This document shows, piece after piece, positions 9,435-18,929 of a stretch of 64,000 nucleotides of DNA. The DNA is from Candidatus Xenobia bacterium (GTDB taxonomy: Bacteria; Vulcanimicrobiota; Xenobia; Xenobiales; QWHO01): contig BTUM01000011.1 of NCBI GenBank assembly GCA_045863235.1, positions 61,968 through 125,967 on the forward strand, given 5' to 3'. The stretch's first letter is position 1; every line of letters begins with the position of its first letter. The translations under genes were made by a program, and so were the position numbers. Under the pieces are notes generated by a model, which saw only the letters and a list, made by a program, of their open reading frames with translations, did not search any database and was not told the DNA's origin.

Positions 9435-10367
9435 GTGAAAAAGGGCTTCTACAACCGCCATTCCCAACCTCAGGCCGGGGCCGCCGCCCAGGGGTTTGCC
9501 CTGTTCGAGCGGGCCGCCCGCGAGGTGCCGCTCGACGATCTCGTGGAGGTGGCCGACCTGGCTTGCTTCCACGGGGGCAACTCCATGGAGCCGATGCGCC
9601 GGGCCGTTTCCATTCTGCGCGAGCGCTCCCCCCGGGCCAGCATCGAGGTGACTCATACCGATCTGCCCACCAATGACTTCAACCCGGTTTTCGAGCTGCT
9701 CTCCGGCCCCGACAGCTATCTCGGGCCAGGAGTGCGGGCCTCGGTTCGGGCCGGCTCGTTCTACCAGCCTCTCTTCCGGCCCGGCAGCCAGAGCCTGATC
9801 TGGTGCTCGGCGGCCACCCACTGGCTCAGCCGGGTGCCGGCGCCGGCCCACCCGACTTACGCCGCCCAGTGGTACGAGCAGGCCCGTCAGGACTGGCAGG
9901 CCTGGGTCGACAGCCGGGCGGAGGAGCTACGCCCCGGGGGCCAGCTGGTCATGGTGGGCAGCGGAGCGGACAGCTTCGGTCGTACGGGGGCGGAAGGGCT
10001 GGTCAGTATGGTGCGCGATACCATGGCCGAGGTGCTGGGCCCTCGCCAGAAAGGTCGCCTGGCTCTGCCCACCTACCACCGCACCCTGCGCGAGTGGCTG
10101 GCTCCCCTGGGTCCCAGACTGAGCCTGAAGGAGGTGCTGGAGCCGCCCATGCCGGAGCCGTACTGGGAAGAGTACCAGCAGACCGGCAACCTGGAGGCTT
10201 ACGTCGACCGGGTGGTCGGGTTCGCCATCGCGGCCCTCAACCAGCCCCTTCTCAAGCGCCAGGGCGGCAAGGAGTTCGAGCAGCGCCTGCGCCAGCGGGT
10301 GCAGGCTCACCCCGACCTGGCCCGTCCTCGCTGGTGGCTGGTCGTGCTGCGCCTGGAGCGGGTATGA
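9435..10367 (+). CDS. SABATH-type SAM-dependent carboxyl methyltransferase (Methyltransf_7-like)
   Basis: FYNRHSQPQ, VADLAC..GGNS, DLPTNDFN..F, GSFY..LF and HWLSRVP; start taken at GTG 9435. Confidence 0.82.
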   Translation: MKKGFYNRHSQPQAGAAAQGFALFERAAREVPLDDLVEVADLACFHGGNSMEPMRRAVSILRERSPRASIEVTHTDLPTNDFNPVFELLSGPDSYLGPGVRASVRAGSFYQPLFRPGSQSLIWCSAATHWLSRVPAPAHPTYAAQWYEQARQDWQAWVDSRAEELRPGGQLVMVGSGADSFGRTGAEGLVSMVRDTMAEVLGPRQKGRLALPTYHRTLREWLAPLGPRLSLKEVLEPPMPEPYWEEYQQTGNLEAYVDRVVGFAIAALNQPLLKRQGGKEFEQRLRQRVQAHPDLARPRWWLVVLRLERV

Positions 10368-11755
10368 TCCGTCTTTTGCTGGTGCTCTTGCTGCTGGTCC
10401 CGGGACTGGCCTCGCCTCTCACCGAGCGCGATCCCAAGGCCTTTCCCTCCGACCTGAGGCCCCAGCTTGACCGGCTGCGCCAGGCAGCCCTGGAGAGCGA
10501 CTGGGCGTATCAGCGTCTGGCCCACCTGTGCAACAAGATCGGCCCGCGGCTTTCGGGCACGCCCCAGGCCGAGCGGGCGGTGGAGTACGTGGCCGCCGAG
10601 ATGCGATCGCTGGGGTTGGAGGTCACCCTGGAGGAGTGCCTGGTGACCCGCTGGGTGCGCGGCGTGGAGCGGGCCGAGCTGGTGGAGTACCCCGACCGCC
10701 CGGCCGGGGTCGAGCAGCAGCTGTCCCTGACGGCCCTGGGGGGCAGCCCGCCCACGCCTGAGCAGGGAATCACGGCGGAGATCGTGGTGGTGCGCGAGCT
10801 CGATGAGCTCGACCGGATGCCGGTGCGGGGCCGCATCGTGCTGGTGGATCATCCTTACGACGATCAGCTGGCGGCTCTGGGCGAGGGGGCGATGGCTTAC
10901 GGCCAGTGCGCCCGCATCCGTGTGGACGGCCCGGCTCGGGCCGCCAGGAACGGCGCCGTCGCATGTCTGGTCCGCTCGCTGGGGGGAGTCTCCTACCGCC
11001 TGCCCCACACCGGCGTGCTGGACTGGGAGGATGGTCCTCAGATCCCTGCCGCGGCCGTGAGCGAGGAGGATGCCGAGCTGATCGCATCGCTGGCTCGCGA
11101 AGGGCCGGTGTGGGTCCGCCTGAGGTTGGGCTGCCACGAGCTGGCGCCGGTCAAGAGCCACAACGTGATCGCCGATCTGAAGGGCAGCGAGTTGCCCGAG
11201 CAGGTGGTCATCGTCTCGGGCCACCTCGACTCCTGGGATCTGGGCACCGGAGCACTCGATGACGGGGTCGGCGTGGTGATGGCCATGCAGACGGCCCACC
11301 TGATCAAGAAGCTGGGCCTTCAGCCCCGCCGCACCCTGCGGGTGATCGCCTGGATGAACGAGGAGAACGGCACGGCCGGCTCCAAGGCATATTTCGCCAA
11401 CCACGAGAAGGACCTGGCCAACCACTATGCGGCCATCGAGAGCGATCTGGGCTGTGGACATCCCTACGGGTTCGGCTATCAGGGCGACCCGAAGCTGGCC
11501 GCGGTGCTGGCGCCGGTCGCCGAGGCCCTGCGTCCCATGGGAGCGGGGGCCATGCGCCAGCTCCCGGGCACGGGGGCCGACATCTCCCCTCTGACCCGAC
11601 GGGGCGTGCCCGGCTTTCACCCCCTGCTCGATAGCCGCACCTACTTCGACTACCACCACACCGCCGCCGACACGCTGGATAAGGTCAATCCGCGCTTTCT
11701 GCAAGAGAACTGCGCCGTGATGGCGGTGCTGGCCTACGCTTTGACCAGGCTCTAA
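10364..11755 (+). CDS. M28 family metallopeptidase (carboxypeptidase Q-like), secreted
   Basis: Signal peptide MIRLLLVLLLL; IGPRLSG, GHLDSWD.G.GA.DDG, NEE.G, ESD and YHHTAADT; ATGA overlap with the upstream stop. Confidence 0.92.
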   Translation: MIRLLLVLLLLVPGLASPLTERDPKAFPSDLRPQLDRLRQAALESDWAYQRLAHLCNKIGPRLSGTPQAERAVEYVAAEMRSLGLEVTLEECLVTRWVRGVERAELVEYPDRPAGVEQQLSLTALGGSPPTPEQGITAEIVVVRELDELDRMPVRGRIVLVDHPYDDQLAALGEGAMAYGQCARIRVDGPARAARNGAVACLVRSLGGVSYRLPHTGVLDWEDGPQIPAAAVSEEDAELIASLAREGPVWVRLRLGCHELAPVKSHNVIADLKGSELPEQVVIVSGHLDSWDLGTGALDDGVGVVMAMQTAHLIKKLGLQPRRTLRVIAWMNEENGTAGSKAYFANHEKDLANHYAAIESDLGCGHPYGFGYQGDPKLAAVLAPVAEALRPMGAGAMRQLPGTGADISPLTRRGVPGFHPLLDSRTYFDYHHTAADTLDKVNPRFLQENCAVMAVLAYALTRL

Positions 11756-11837
11756 AGTACAAGGCCTCTGGTCAACGGACGGGTGGCTTGAGCCCGGCTG
11801 GAGGAGATTCCCCCCGCGGCTGGGAACCGCCCCCAGC

Positions 11838-12815
11838 ATGAAACGCCTCGCACTCCTTCTTTTCGTCCTTCTTCTGGGCCTGGCCCGGGCCCAGAGCAAC
11901 AGCCCCGCCGCTGTGGTGGGCTCGGTCTCCGGTCCGGTCCGCACTTTGACCCTTCCGGCCGGGGGCGGCAAGCTTTCGGCCGCCACCCCGGGCAAGCTCA
12001 AGACCTTGCAGCAGGTCAATGCGGGCGTGTTCGTGCAGCTGGCTCAGGGAGGGAGCGTGACGCTGGCCTACACCTCCGACGGCCACCTCGAGCGCCTGAC
12101 CGGGCCGTGCGTCGTGCGGGTCGGGGCCGACGGGGGCCACCTGCTCAAAGGCGCCCAGAGCGCCTTGAAGGTGGAGAAGTCCCAGCTCGGCGCCGCTCTG
12201 CGTCCCGCCAGCCCGGCCCGGGTCAAGGTCGGTTCCGGCACCACGCTCTCGGTGACCAGCCAGGAAGGGATGCCCACCTTCAGCTTCACCACCAATCAAG
12301 CCGGTCCGTACCTGGTGACCGTGTTCCAGGGCAGCAACTCGCTGTGGAGCTCGGAGACGTCCAGTACCTCGGTACTCTACGACGGCCCCGTGCTCAGCCT
12401 GGACACCCCCTACGTGTGGCAACTGCAGGTGGGTAGCTCGGTGCTGGGAGCGATGCGCTTTGAGGTTCCTTCACACGGCGCCGCTCAGTCGCTGGGCCAG
12501 GCCCGGGCCGAAGTGCAGGCCGCGCCCGACGATGCGGCCCGCCAGGCTCTCTGGGCGGCTGCCCAGGACCAGCGGGGCAACCTGCCCCAGGCCGTGGACG
12601 CGGCCCAGACCGCACTCAAGAGCCAGCCGCAGGATGCGGCTTTGATGAATCGTCTTTCGGGCATGTTCCAGGAGATGGGTCAGGAGGCCGAAGCCCAGCG
12701 CTTCGAGGGCCAGGCCCGGATGTACGAGGACGTGGAGGGCCCCAGCGTGGACCCGGACGGGGACCTGATCTTCGGCGACTACATCAACGACCTGCCTGGA
12801 ATTTACGCCCCCTGA
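11838..12815 (+). CDS. Secreted hypothetical protein with beta-rich N-terminus and C-terminal TPR-like helices
   Basis: Signal peptide MKRLALLLFVLLLGLARA; TPR-like segment AVDAAQTALKSQPQDAA. Confidence 0.7.
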   Translation: MKRLALLLFVLLLGLARAQSNSPAAVVGSVSGPVRTLTLPAGGGKLSAATPGKLKTLQQVNAGVFVQLAQGGSVTLAYTSDGHLERLTGPCVVRVGADGGHLLKGAQSALKVEKSQLGAALRPASPARVKVGSGTTLSVTSQEGMPTFSFTTNQAGPYLVTVFQGSNSLWSSETSSTSVLYDGPVLSLDTPYVWQLQVGSSVLGAMRFEVPSHGAAQSLGQARAEVQAAPDDAARQALWAAAQDQRGNLPQAVDAAQTALKSQPQDAALMNRLSGMFQEMGQEAEAQRFEGQARMYEDVEGPSVDPDGDLIFGDYINDLPGIYAP

Positions 12816-12827
12816 TGTGAGCTGCAG

Positions 12828-13730
12828 TCAGGGCTCTCCTGCCTTGAGGGGCAGGATGGTCACGCTCAGGTCCATCCCCTGGTAAAGGTTGACGTGCACC
12901 TCGGCGCTGGGGAAGATCCAGACCGTGCGCTTGCGACTGACCAGCTCGTTCTCCAGGTCGTCATTTCCATCCGGCGGTCCGTACAGCGTGACGAAGAAGG
13001 CCTCGAGCTCGGAGAACTCCTCAGGCGAGCCGGAAGGGTACTGCTGAGGCCTTATGTAGAGCCCGTTCAGCTTGCCCGTTTCGGCGTTGAAGGGGAACAG
13101 CAGCGTGTAGGGCCGTTTGCCCAGGTAGTACTGCGGGATGCAGAACGGCACGTAGTTGCGCGGGTTGGCGTACTGGCCGCTGAAGGGCTTGAGCCGTTTG
13201 CCCAGCTTCTTCTGCACCTCTTGCTCGGTCATTCCCAGCTTGACGCCCTCCAGCCCGGTCACGTCGGTGGGCCGTTTGCCGGTGCCCGTCAGTGGCTTGG
13301 AGTCACCCATGGCGTCGGCCGCCTCGAGATACTCGCGGGCTCTGTTGGAGCTGGCCCCGCCCACCAGCTCGACCACTTTCTGGGCGTGAGGATAGGCTTT
13401 GGACTTCTTGCCGGGCATGGGGTCGAGGGTGGAGTAGCACAAGAACAGCTGCAGGTGTACCTCCGGGTCGTCCGGGGCGGCGGCCAGGGCTTTTTCGAGC
13501 GGCACCAGCGCTTGCTCGTGCTTGCCTCGAAGCGACAGATCGGTGCCTTCGCGCACCAGGGCGCTCACATCCACGGTGGGGGTGGGCGTCTCACTGGGAG
13601 TGGCCGAGACGGTGGCCGAGGTGACCGGGGCGGGAGTGGCCGTGGGGGTCACCGGCGGTGGGGGAGCCGGGGGAGAGGAGCAGCCCGAAACGAGCACCAG
13701 GAGACAGATCAGTCGAACCACAACCCCCAT
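12828..13730 (-). CDS. Lipoprotein with Pro/Thr linker and TPR repeat
   Basis: Lipobox LVSGC, PT-rich linker, TPR (ALVPLEKALAAAPDDPEVH). Confidence 0.75.
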   Translation of the reverse strand: MGVVVRLICLLVLVSGCSSPPAPPPPVTPTATPAPVTSATVSATPSETPTPTVDVSALVREGTDLSLRGKHEQALVPLEKALAAAPDDPEVHLQLFLCYSTLDPMPGKKSKAYPHAQKVVELVGGASSNRAREYLEAADAMGDSKPLTGTGKRPTDVTGLEGVKLGMTEQEVQKKLGKRLKPFSGQYANPRNYVPFCIPQYYLGKRPYTLLFPFNAETGKLNGLYIRPQQYPSGSPEEFSELEAFFVTLYGPPDGNDDLENELVSRKRTVWIFPSAEVHVNLYQGMDLSVTILPLKAGEP

Positions 13731-13743
13731 GGCGGGGCCTTCG

Positions 13744-14223
13744 TCATCGAAGCTTCTGGCGCCTCTTGAGCTGGACAGGTCCGACCTGGACGCTGGTCTC
13801 GGTCACTTCCAGACTGCCCCGACCGGGGGAGACCATGCGGTTGGCCAGCTCTCGGTCACGCCGGGCCTGATCAGCAAGCTCCTCGCGACGAAGCTGCATG
13901 CACCCCTGCAGCCAGCGCTTTTCACGCTCGCGATTTTGCATGCGCATGGCTCCGTAGGCGAAACCGAAACAGGCCACCGAAGCCGCCAGCGGCAGGCCGA
14001 TGGGTCCGAGCAGGCTCGCCACCGGCTTGAAGCCGAGCGCCAGCGAGCCGAAGGTCACCACGGAGGAGGCAGCCGCTGTCCAGGTCAGGGCTTCCTCCAC
14101 GTGGACGCCCCATCCGGTCAGGGAATCGTAGCGGTCCTGAAAGCGCTCGAGCAACGGGTCGGTGTGATTCTCGTGGGGCTCAACCGTGCGGATGGCCGGC
14201 ATGGCCAGGGCGCTGATCTGCAT
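13744..14223 (-). CDS. Orphan two-TM protein with C-terminal VxVGPVQLKRR motif
   Basis: 159 aa; hydrophobic hairpin followed by a coiled coil; C-terminal motif shared with the genes at 28339 and 31155. Confidence 0.75.
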   Translation of the reverse strand: MQISALAMPAIRTVEPHENHTDPLLERFQDRYDSLTGWGVHVEEALTWTAAASSVVTFGSLALGFKPVASLLGPIGLPLAASVACFGFAYGAMRMQNREREKRWLQGCMQLRREELADQARRDRELANRMVSPGRGSLEVTETSVQVGPVQLKRRQKLR

Positions 14224-14297
14224 GCCCTCAGCATGACCGATCCATCTGAAAAAGCTCTGATGAGCTTTCTTTCAGACCCCTGGTCTAAGCTGTGCTC
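14224..14297. promoter_or_regulatory. Divergent promoter pair, TTTCAG-N10-yAnnnT-N6-start on both strands, forming an imperfect palindrome
   Basis: Plus strand: TTTCAG 14270-14275, TAAGCT 14286-14291, GTG 14298. Minus strand: TTTCAG 14251-14246, CATGCT 14235-14230, ATG 14223. Confidence 0.65.
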
Positions 14298-15797
14298 GTG
14301 CAACTCCAGCAAGCTTCCGCCAGCTTTCGACCCGTGCCCACCCCACCGCCGGCCGGGCCCGAGAAGCGCATGAAGGACATCCACCTGGTGTCCCTGATCG
14401 ACGCCTCCGAGGAGGTGATCGAGCCGCTGGCCGTGGCCTGCGTCGAAAACCTGGAAAGCGCCCGCAGCAACTCGCCCAGCCAGCTGACCGGGGCCGTTTT
14501 CGTGCAGCGCAGCGGCACCAGCCCCGGGGCCAAGAAAATGAAGGCCACGCTGGCCTCCGTTGTTCCTCGGGCGGTGGGATTCGGGCTGGGAGTGGCGGCC
14601 GGTAGCTACCTGGTGGGCGGCCTCGTGGGCGCCGGAATCGGCGGCGCGGTCGGGCTGGCGGTGGGCTCCACCGTGGCCAACCGGCTCTTCGGCCGCACGC
14701 AGCTTCTGGCCCACATCCCCGACAACGGCTCCGAGCCGTTCTGGAAGGGCAGTCGTACTTACGAGCTGGGAGAGAACCGCAGCGATGCCATCGATTCCAA
14801 AATCGTAGCCGAAGACCCGGGAGCCCGCCAGCTCGACCCCAAAGCCATGGGAACTTTCCTGGGCACGGAGATGGCCGCCCATCCGGACAAGATGGCCGTG
14901 GCCCACGTGTTCGGACACGGGCTGGCCTACCGCCAGGCGGCCGGCCTCCAGTTCACCGCTTATCGCGAGATGCTCTCCCAGGCCACCACCCTGGCCGGTC
15001 GCCCCGTCGACCTGCTGTTGGTGGAGTCGTGCCTGTGCGGCAACCTCGAGAGCCTGCTGGCCACGGCCCCCTTCGCCCGCTATGCGGTGGTTTCCGAGGA
15101 AGTGGTCTCGGCTGGCGCCATCTCGCACGCCTTCAGTAAGGCGGTGGGAGCCGCTGCCGGTCACGAGGTGACCCCGGGTCAGCTGGGCCAGGCGGTGGTG
15201 CGCAGCAACCCCGAGACCGGGGTTCGAGACCTCTTCTCGTTCTTCTTCGGTCTGCCGCCCAGCAAAGACGAAATCTCGCTGGACGACACCCCCGAGCAGA
15301 TGGTCAAGAAGACCACAGCCGAAACTCTGGCCCTGGTCGACCTGGGCCAGGTGGAAGCGCTCGGCCAGGCGGTCGACCGGCTGGGCGGCGTGCTCAGTCA
15401 GGAAGTTCGCGACGGCCTCGCCCCGGCCATTCAGGCGGCTTCCGAGGAAGCCATACACACCGGGGGCGACCCCATGCTGGTAGTCGCCAAGCGCTCGCTG
15501 GCGGTAGGCGACCTGAACGTCTTCGTGAACTGTCTGGCTGAAATCTACGCTTCCGGTGTGCCTTCGCAGCGGCCCCGCGAGGTCTTGACCGCCCTGGGCG
15601 AGGTCAGCCGACAGCTCCAGAAGACCGTGGTGGAGGCCTCCATCAGTCCCCAGTTCGCCGATTCAGCCGGCCTCACGATACAGCTTCCCAGCCGCGACCT
15701 CACGGTGATCGACGGTCAGCACAGCGAGAGGCTCTCGGGTAGCGCCGCTCCTCCTAACTGGAAGGAGTTCGTACGGCTGGCCAGCTCGGCGATGTAA
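14298..15797 (+). CDS. Clostripain-like (C11, clan CD) cysteine peptidase with an inserted Gly-rich hydrophobic hairpin
   Basis: HVFGHG (His) and LLVESCLCGNLE (Cys) dyad, VVSEE, TLALVDL and GLTIQLP; Gly-zipper GFGLGVAAG...GAGIGGAVG. Confidence 0.72.
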   Translation: MQLQQASASFRPVPTPPPAGPEKRMKDIHLVSLIDASEEVIEPLAVACVENLESARSNSPSQLTGAVFVQRSGTSPGAKKMKATLASVVPRAVGFGLGVAAGSYLVGGLVGAGIGGAVGLAVGSTVANRLFGRTQLLAHIPDNGSEPFWKGSRTYELGENRSDAIDSKIVAEDPGARQLDPKAMGTFLGTEMAAHPDKMAVAHVFGHGLAYRQAAGLQFTAYREMLSQATTLAGRPVDLLLVESCLCGNLESLLATAPFARYAVVSEEVVSAGAISHAFSKAVGAAAGHEVTPGQLGQAVVRSNPETGVRDLFSFFFGLPPSKDEISLDDTPEQMVKKTTAETLALVDLGQVEALGQAVDRLGGVLSQEVRDGLAPAIQAASEEAIHTGGDPMLVVAKRSLAVGDLNVFVNCLAEIYASGVPSQRPREVLTALGEVSRQLQKTVVEASISPQFADSAGLTIQLPSRDLTVIDGQHSERLSGSAAPPNWKEFVRLASSAM

Positions 15798-15802
15798 GGC
15801 CC

Positions 15803-16690
15803 TTGCTCGCGCGTCTTCTGATTCTGCTCGCCTGTCTGGCCATCGCCTGCGGTCCGGACCGGCAACCAGCTCCGACCCCTTCGTCCTGGGTTGACGAAGC
15901 TCGCCAACTCGAGGAACCCGCAAGAGCGCTGATGACTTCTGAGCCCAGGCTCACGATCACTTCGGGCGACACGGTCAAGACCTTGACTCGCTCGCAGCTC
16001 CTGGCCCATCCCGCCATCCAGACGCTCTCGATTCTGGACGAGTCGGGCTATGAGGACCAGCAGATGACTTATCGAGCCATCCCCATGGCCGCCCTGATGG
16101 AAGGTCTGCAGGTACCCGGCGGGAGCGAGCTGGGCTATCAGACGCAGGACGGCTTTTCCTCGGGAGTGCAGGCCGCACTCGTGATGAACCAGGACCCGGG
16201 CCGCTCCATCGCTTACCTGGCGGTGGAGCCGCCCGACCAACCCTGGCCGCGTTTCGAAGGGCGCAACTATGGAGCCGGGCCCTTCTACATGGTCTGGGTA
16301 AACCCGCAACTGTCCGAGATCGGTCGCGAAGAGTGGCCGTTTCAGGTCACTTCGTTCACCGTTCGCCCCTCCACCGAGTCTCTTTACCCCGATCTCGTGC
16401 CTGACAGGAAGAACCAGGCTCTCTACCGCGGCTACAAGTCCTTCGTGCAGAACTGCTTTCCCTGCCACACGCTCGACGGGCACGGGACCGGCAAGCTCGG
16501 ACCTGACCTGAACGTGCCCATGAATCCGACTGACTACTTTCAGCCGGAGGTGCTCAAGAAGCTCATCCGAGACCCCCACTCGGTGCGCACCTGGGCCGAC
16601 ATGAAGATGGCCGGCTTCGACGAGAAGGAGCTCCCGGACGCTGAGCTCGAGGAATTGATCGGTTACCTCCGCTCGCGCAAGAAACGCTGA
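15803..16690 (+). CDS. Cytochrome c lipoprotein with N-terminal molybdopterin-oxidoreductase-like domain
   Basis: Lipobox AIAC; heme motif CFPCH, GPDLN and distal Met (KMAGF). Confidence 0.82.
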   Translation: MLARLLILLACLAIACGPDRQPAPTPSSWVDEARQLEEPARALMTSEPRLTITSGDTVKTLTRSQLLAHPAIQTLSILDESGYEDQQMTYRAIPMAALMEGLQVPGGSELGYQTQDGFSSGVQAALVMNQDPGRSIAYLAVEPPDQPWPRFEGRNYGAGPFYMVWVNPQLSEIGREEWPFQVTSFTVRPSTESLYPDLVPDRKNQALYRGYKSFVQNCFPCHTLDGHGTGKLGPDLNVPMNPTDYFQPEVLKKLIRDPHSVRTWADMKMAGFDEKELPDAELEELIGYLRSRKKR

Positions 16691-16716
16691 GCCGACAGGT
16701 CACACAGGTTGTGAGG

Positions 16717-17070
16717 CTACTGTCGCGGGCGCCCATCCGGACCATACTTGCTGTTGGCGTACTTGACGATCCAGTAGTCGTTGGTCTCCTTGTCGTGACC
16801 GGTCAGCTCCATCTCGTAGCTCCAGTCGTAGAACTGCTGGATGCGGAGCACCACGTTACGCTTCTCGGCAGGGATGCGCAGCGTGGCGTACTTGCCCTCA
16901 ATGTCGATCTCGATTCGTTTGTAGACCTGGTCCTTGGTCTTATTCTTGGCAGTCTTGGCCAGATAGAGCCCGTCCAGCGAGTTGTCGGTGTTCTCCAGCA
17001 CGCGCCCGGCCAACGCCGGCAGCGCGACCAGAAGCATCAGGAGGAGGGCAATACCCTTATAGTTCTTCAT
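16717..17070 (-). CDS. Small secreted hypothetical protein
   Basis: Signal peptide MKNYKGIALLLMLLVALPALA; GAGG RBS. Confidence 0.75.
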   Translation of the reverse strand: MKNYKGIALLLMLLVALPALAGRVLENTDNSLDGLYLAKTAKNKTKDQVYKRIEIDIEGKYATLRIPAEKRNVVLRIQQFYDWSYEMELTGHDKETNDYWIVKYANSKYGPDGRPRQ

Positions 17071-17232
17071 CGGCGGACACACCTCTGTGAATTTTATTCT
17101 AGAATAGATTCTCTGCCTCCTGGACGGTTCCTGGCCGGGATCCCGGCACAATCTGTTGGGCGTTGCGCGGCTGGAGTTTCCGGCCAGGCTCCTCAAAGCA
17201 GGTTTCCCGATCTTGGCGTAGTAGCCCCTGGT

Positions 17233-17610
17233 ATGTCAAGACTTCTGGTGCTGCTTTTGTTGCTGGTGACGGTAGGATGCTCGCGTCCGGCCGCCGGGGG
17301 AGGCGATCAGGCGGCTGAGGTACAGTTTACCGTCCAGGTGACGCCCGGTCCCGCCCGGGTGGGTGACAACCTGCTCCAGGTGGAGGTGTTCGGTGGCGAG
17401 CCGGCCCGGCTCGAGGTGGAAGCCAACATGTCCCACGCCGGGATGACTCCCGTCCTGGCCCCCCTGACCCGGGCCGAGGGCGCACGCTGGCAGGCCCCCC
17501 TCAAGCTCACCATGGCCGGCGACTGGTTCTTGATCCTTCGGGGTGAGATGAAGGACGGGCGCAAGATCGAGCGCCAGATCCCCCTGCCGGGGGTGGTGGC
17601 CTCCCCCTGA
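17233..17610 (+). CDS. YtkA/FixH-like lipoprotein
   Basis: Lipobox VTVGC; EANMSHAGM and LTMAGDW motifs. Confidence 0.8.
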   Translation: MSRLLVLLLLLVTVGCSRPAAGGGDQAAEVQFTVQVTPGPARVGDNLLQVEVFGGEPARLEVEANMSHAGMTPVLAPLTRAEGARWQAPLKLTMAGDWFLILRGEMKDGRKIERQIPLPGVVASP

Positions 17611-18929
17611 TCGGGCGCTTCTTTCGCTGGCGCCACGCCCGCACGGCCCTGCAGTTGCCGCTCTTCGCCCTGGCGCTGGCGATGATCTGGGACGGTTTGA
17701 CAGGGCCCCAGCTCGCCCCCAAGAACCTGGCCACGGTTCTGTCCTGGCTGCACTTTCGGGGGGTGGCCGTGGCCGTGCTGCTGGTGGCTGGCAACCTGTT
17801 CTGCATGGCCTGCCCCTTCATGCTGGTGCGCAACCTGGCCCGAAGGTTGGTGAAGCCGGCTCGCTCGTGGCCAGCCGGGCTGCGCAACAAGTACCTGGCG
17901 GCCCTGATCCTGGCCGCATACCTGTTCACCTACGAATGGCTGAACCTGTGGGAGAGCCCGCGGGCCACGGCCCTGGTGATCGTGTTCTACTTTGCCCTGG
18001 CTCTGACCCTGGATAGTCTGTTTCGGGGCGCGCCCTTCTGCAAGTACGTGTGCCCGTTGGGTCAGTTCAACTTCCTGTCCTCCACCATCTCGCCCCTCGA
18101 GGTGGGCGTGCGCGACCTGAGGCGCTGCCACGATTGCCAGACCAAGGACTGCATCAAGGGTCGGGGCGACATCCCTGGATGCGAGCTCGGGCTCTTTCAG
18201 GAAAAGAAGGTGGGTAATCTCGATTGCACCTTCTGTCTTGACTGCGTGCAGGCGTGTCCTTATGAGAACGTGGCCGTGCAGATCCGCCTGCCGGCGGCCG
18301 AGCTGGCCGACGACTCCTACCGCTCCAGCCTCGGTCACCTCTCGCGCCGGCCCGACCTGGCTCTGCTGATCGTGGTCTTCACGTTCGGGGCGCTGCTCAA
18401 CGTCTTCGGCATGATCTCGCCGGCCTACGCCCTGGCCTCCTGGCTGGGCTGGCGCTCGGACACGGCCTTCCTGATGGCTCTCTTCGCGGCCATGCTCGTG
18501 CTCGAGCCGCTCGCGCTGCTGGGGACGGCCGCTGCCCTCTCGCGCCTGCCTGGCCGCTCGCTGCCGCAGACTGCGGTGCGCTTCATGCCCTGTCTGGTGC
18601 CGCTGGCCTTCTCGGTGTGGCTGGCCCACTACTTCTTCCACTTCCTGACCGGCTTTTGGACCATCGTGCCCCTGGTGGAGCAATTCTTCAGGCCCGAGGT
18701 CAATTGGGTCGTGCCGCCACTCCTCTCGGGAGGCGAGCTGGTACCACTGGAGTATGCCCTGCTCGCGCTGGGGCTGGGGGGCAGCCTCTGGGTGGCCGGC
18801 CAGATCGCGCGGGCGGAAGGGCGGCCCCGCGCCGCCTGGCCCTGGTGGGTGGTGTGTGCCTTGCTGGCGGTGTCGGCGGTGTGGATGCTCTCGCAGCCCA
18901 TGGAGATGCGGGGCACCTTTCTCTCATGA
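17607..18929 (+). CDS. Membrane 4Fe-4S protein (FesM/NapH/NosR-like)
   Basis: CMACP, FCKYVCPLG, CHDCQTKDC, CTFCLDCVQACP and many TM helices. First canonical start is TTG 17655; proposed start is CTG 17607. Confidence 0.85.
   Translation: MIGRFFRWRHARTALQLPLFALALAMIWDGLTGPQLAPKNLATVLSWLHFRGVAVAVLLVAGNLFCMACPFMLVRNLARRLVKPARSWPAGLRNKYLAALILAAYLFTYEWLNLWESPRATALVIVFYFALALTLDSLFRGAPFCKYVCPLGQFNFLSSTISPLEVGVRDLRRCHDCQTKDCIKGRGDIPGCELGLFQEKKVGNLDCTFCLDCVQACPYENVAVQIRLPAAELADDSYRSSLGHLSRRPDLALLIVVFTFGALLNVFGMISPAYALASWLGWRSDTAFLMALFAAMLVLEPLALLGTAAALSRLPGRSLPQTAVRFMPCLVPLAFSVWLAHYFFHFLTGFWTIVPLVEQFFRPEVNWVVPPLLSGGELVPLEYALLALGLGGSLWVAGQIARAEGRPRAAWPWWVVCALLAVSAVWMLSQPMEMRGTFLS

Noticed and set aside
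9410..9437. TCTTTCAG upstream of the SABATH gene (also TTTCAG at 25768 and, on the minus strand, at 20673 and 45712)
   Set aside because: No yAnnnT box at 10-nt spacing followed by a start 6-7 nt later, so not counted in the promoter family.
17130..17188. 9-bp inverted repeat CCTGGCCGG/CCGGCCAGG with loose similarity to the 8.5 kb intergenic region
   Set aside because: Short and GC-rich; cannot be distinguished from chance.
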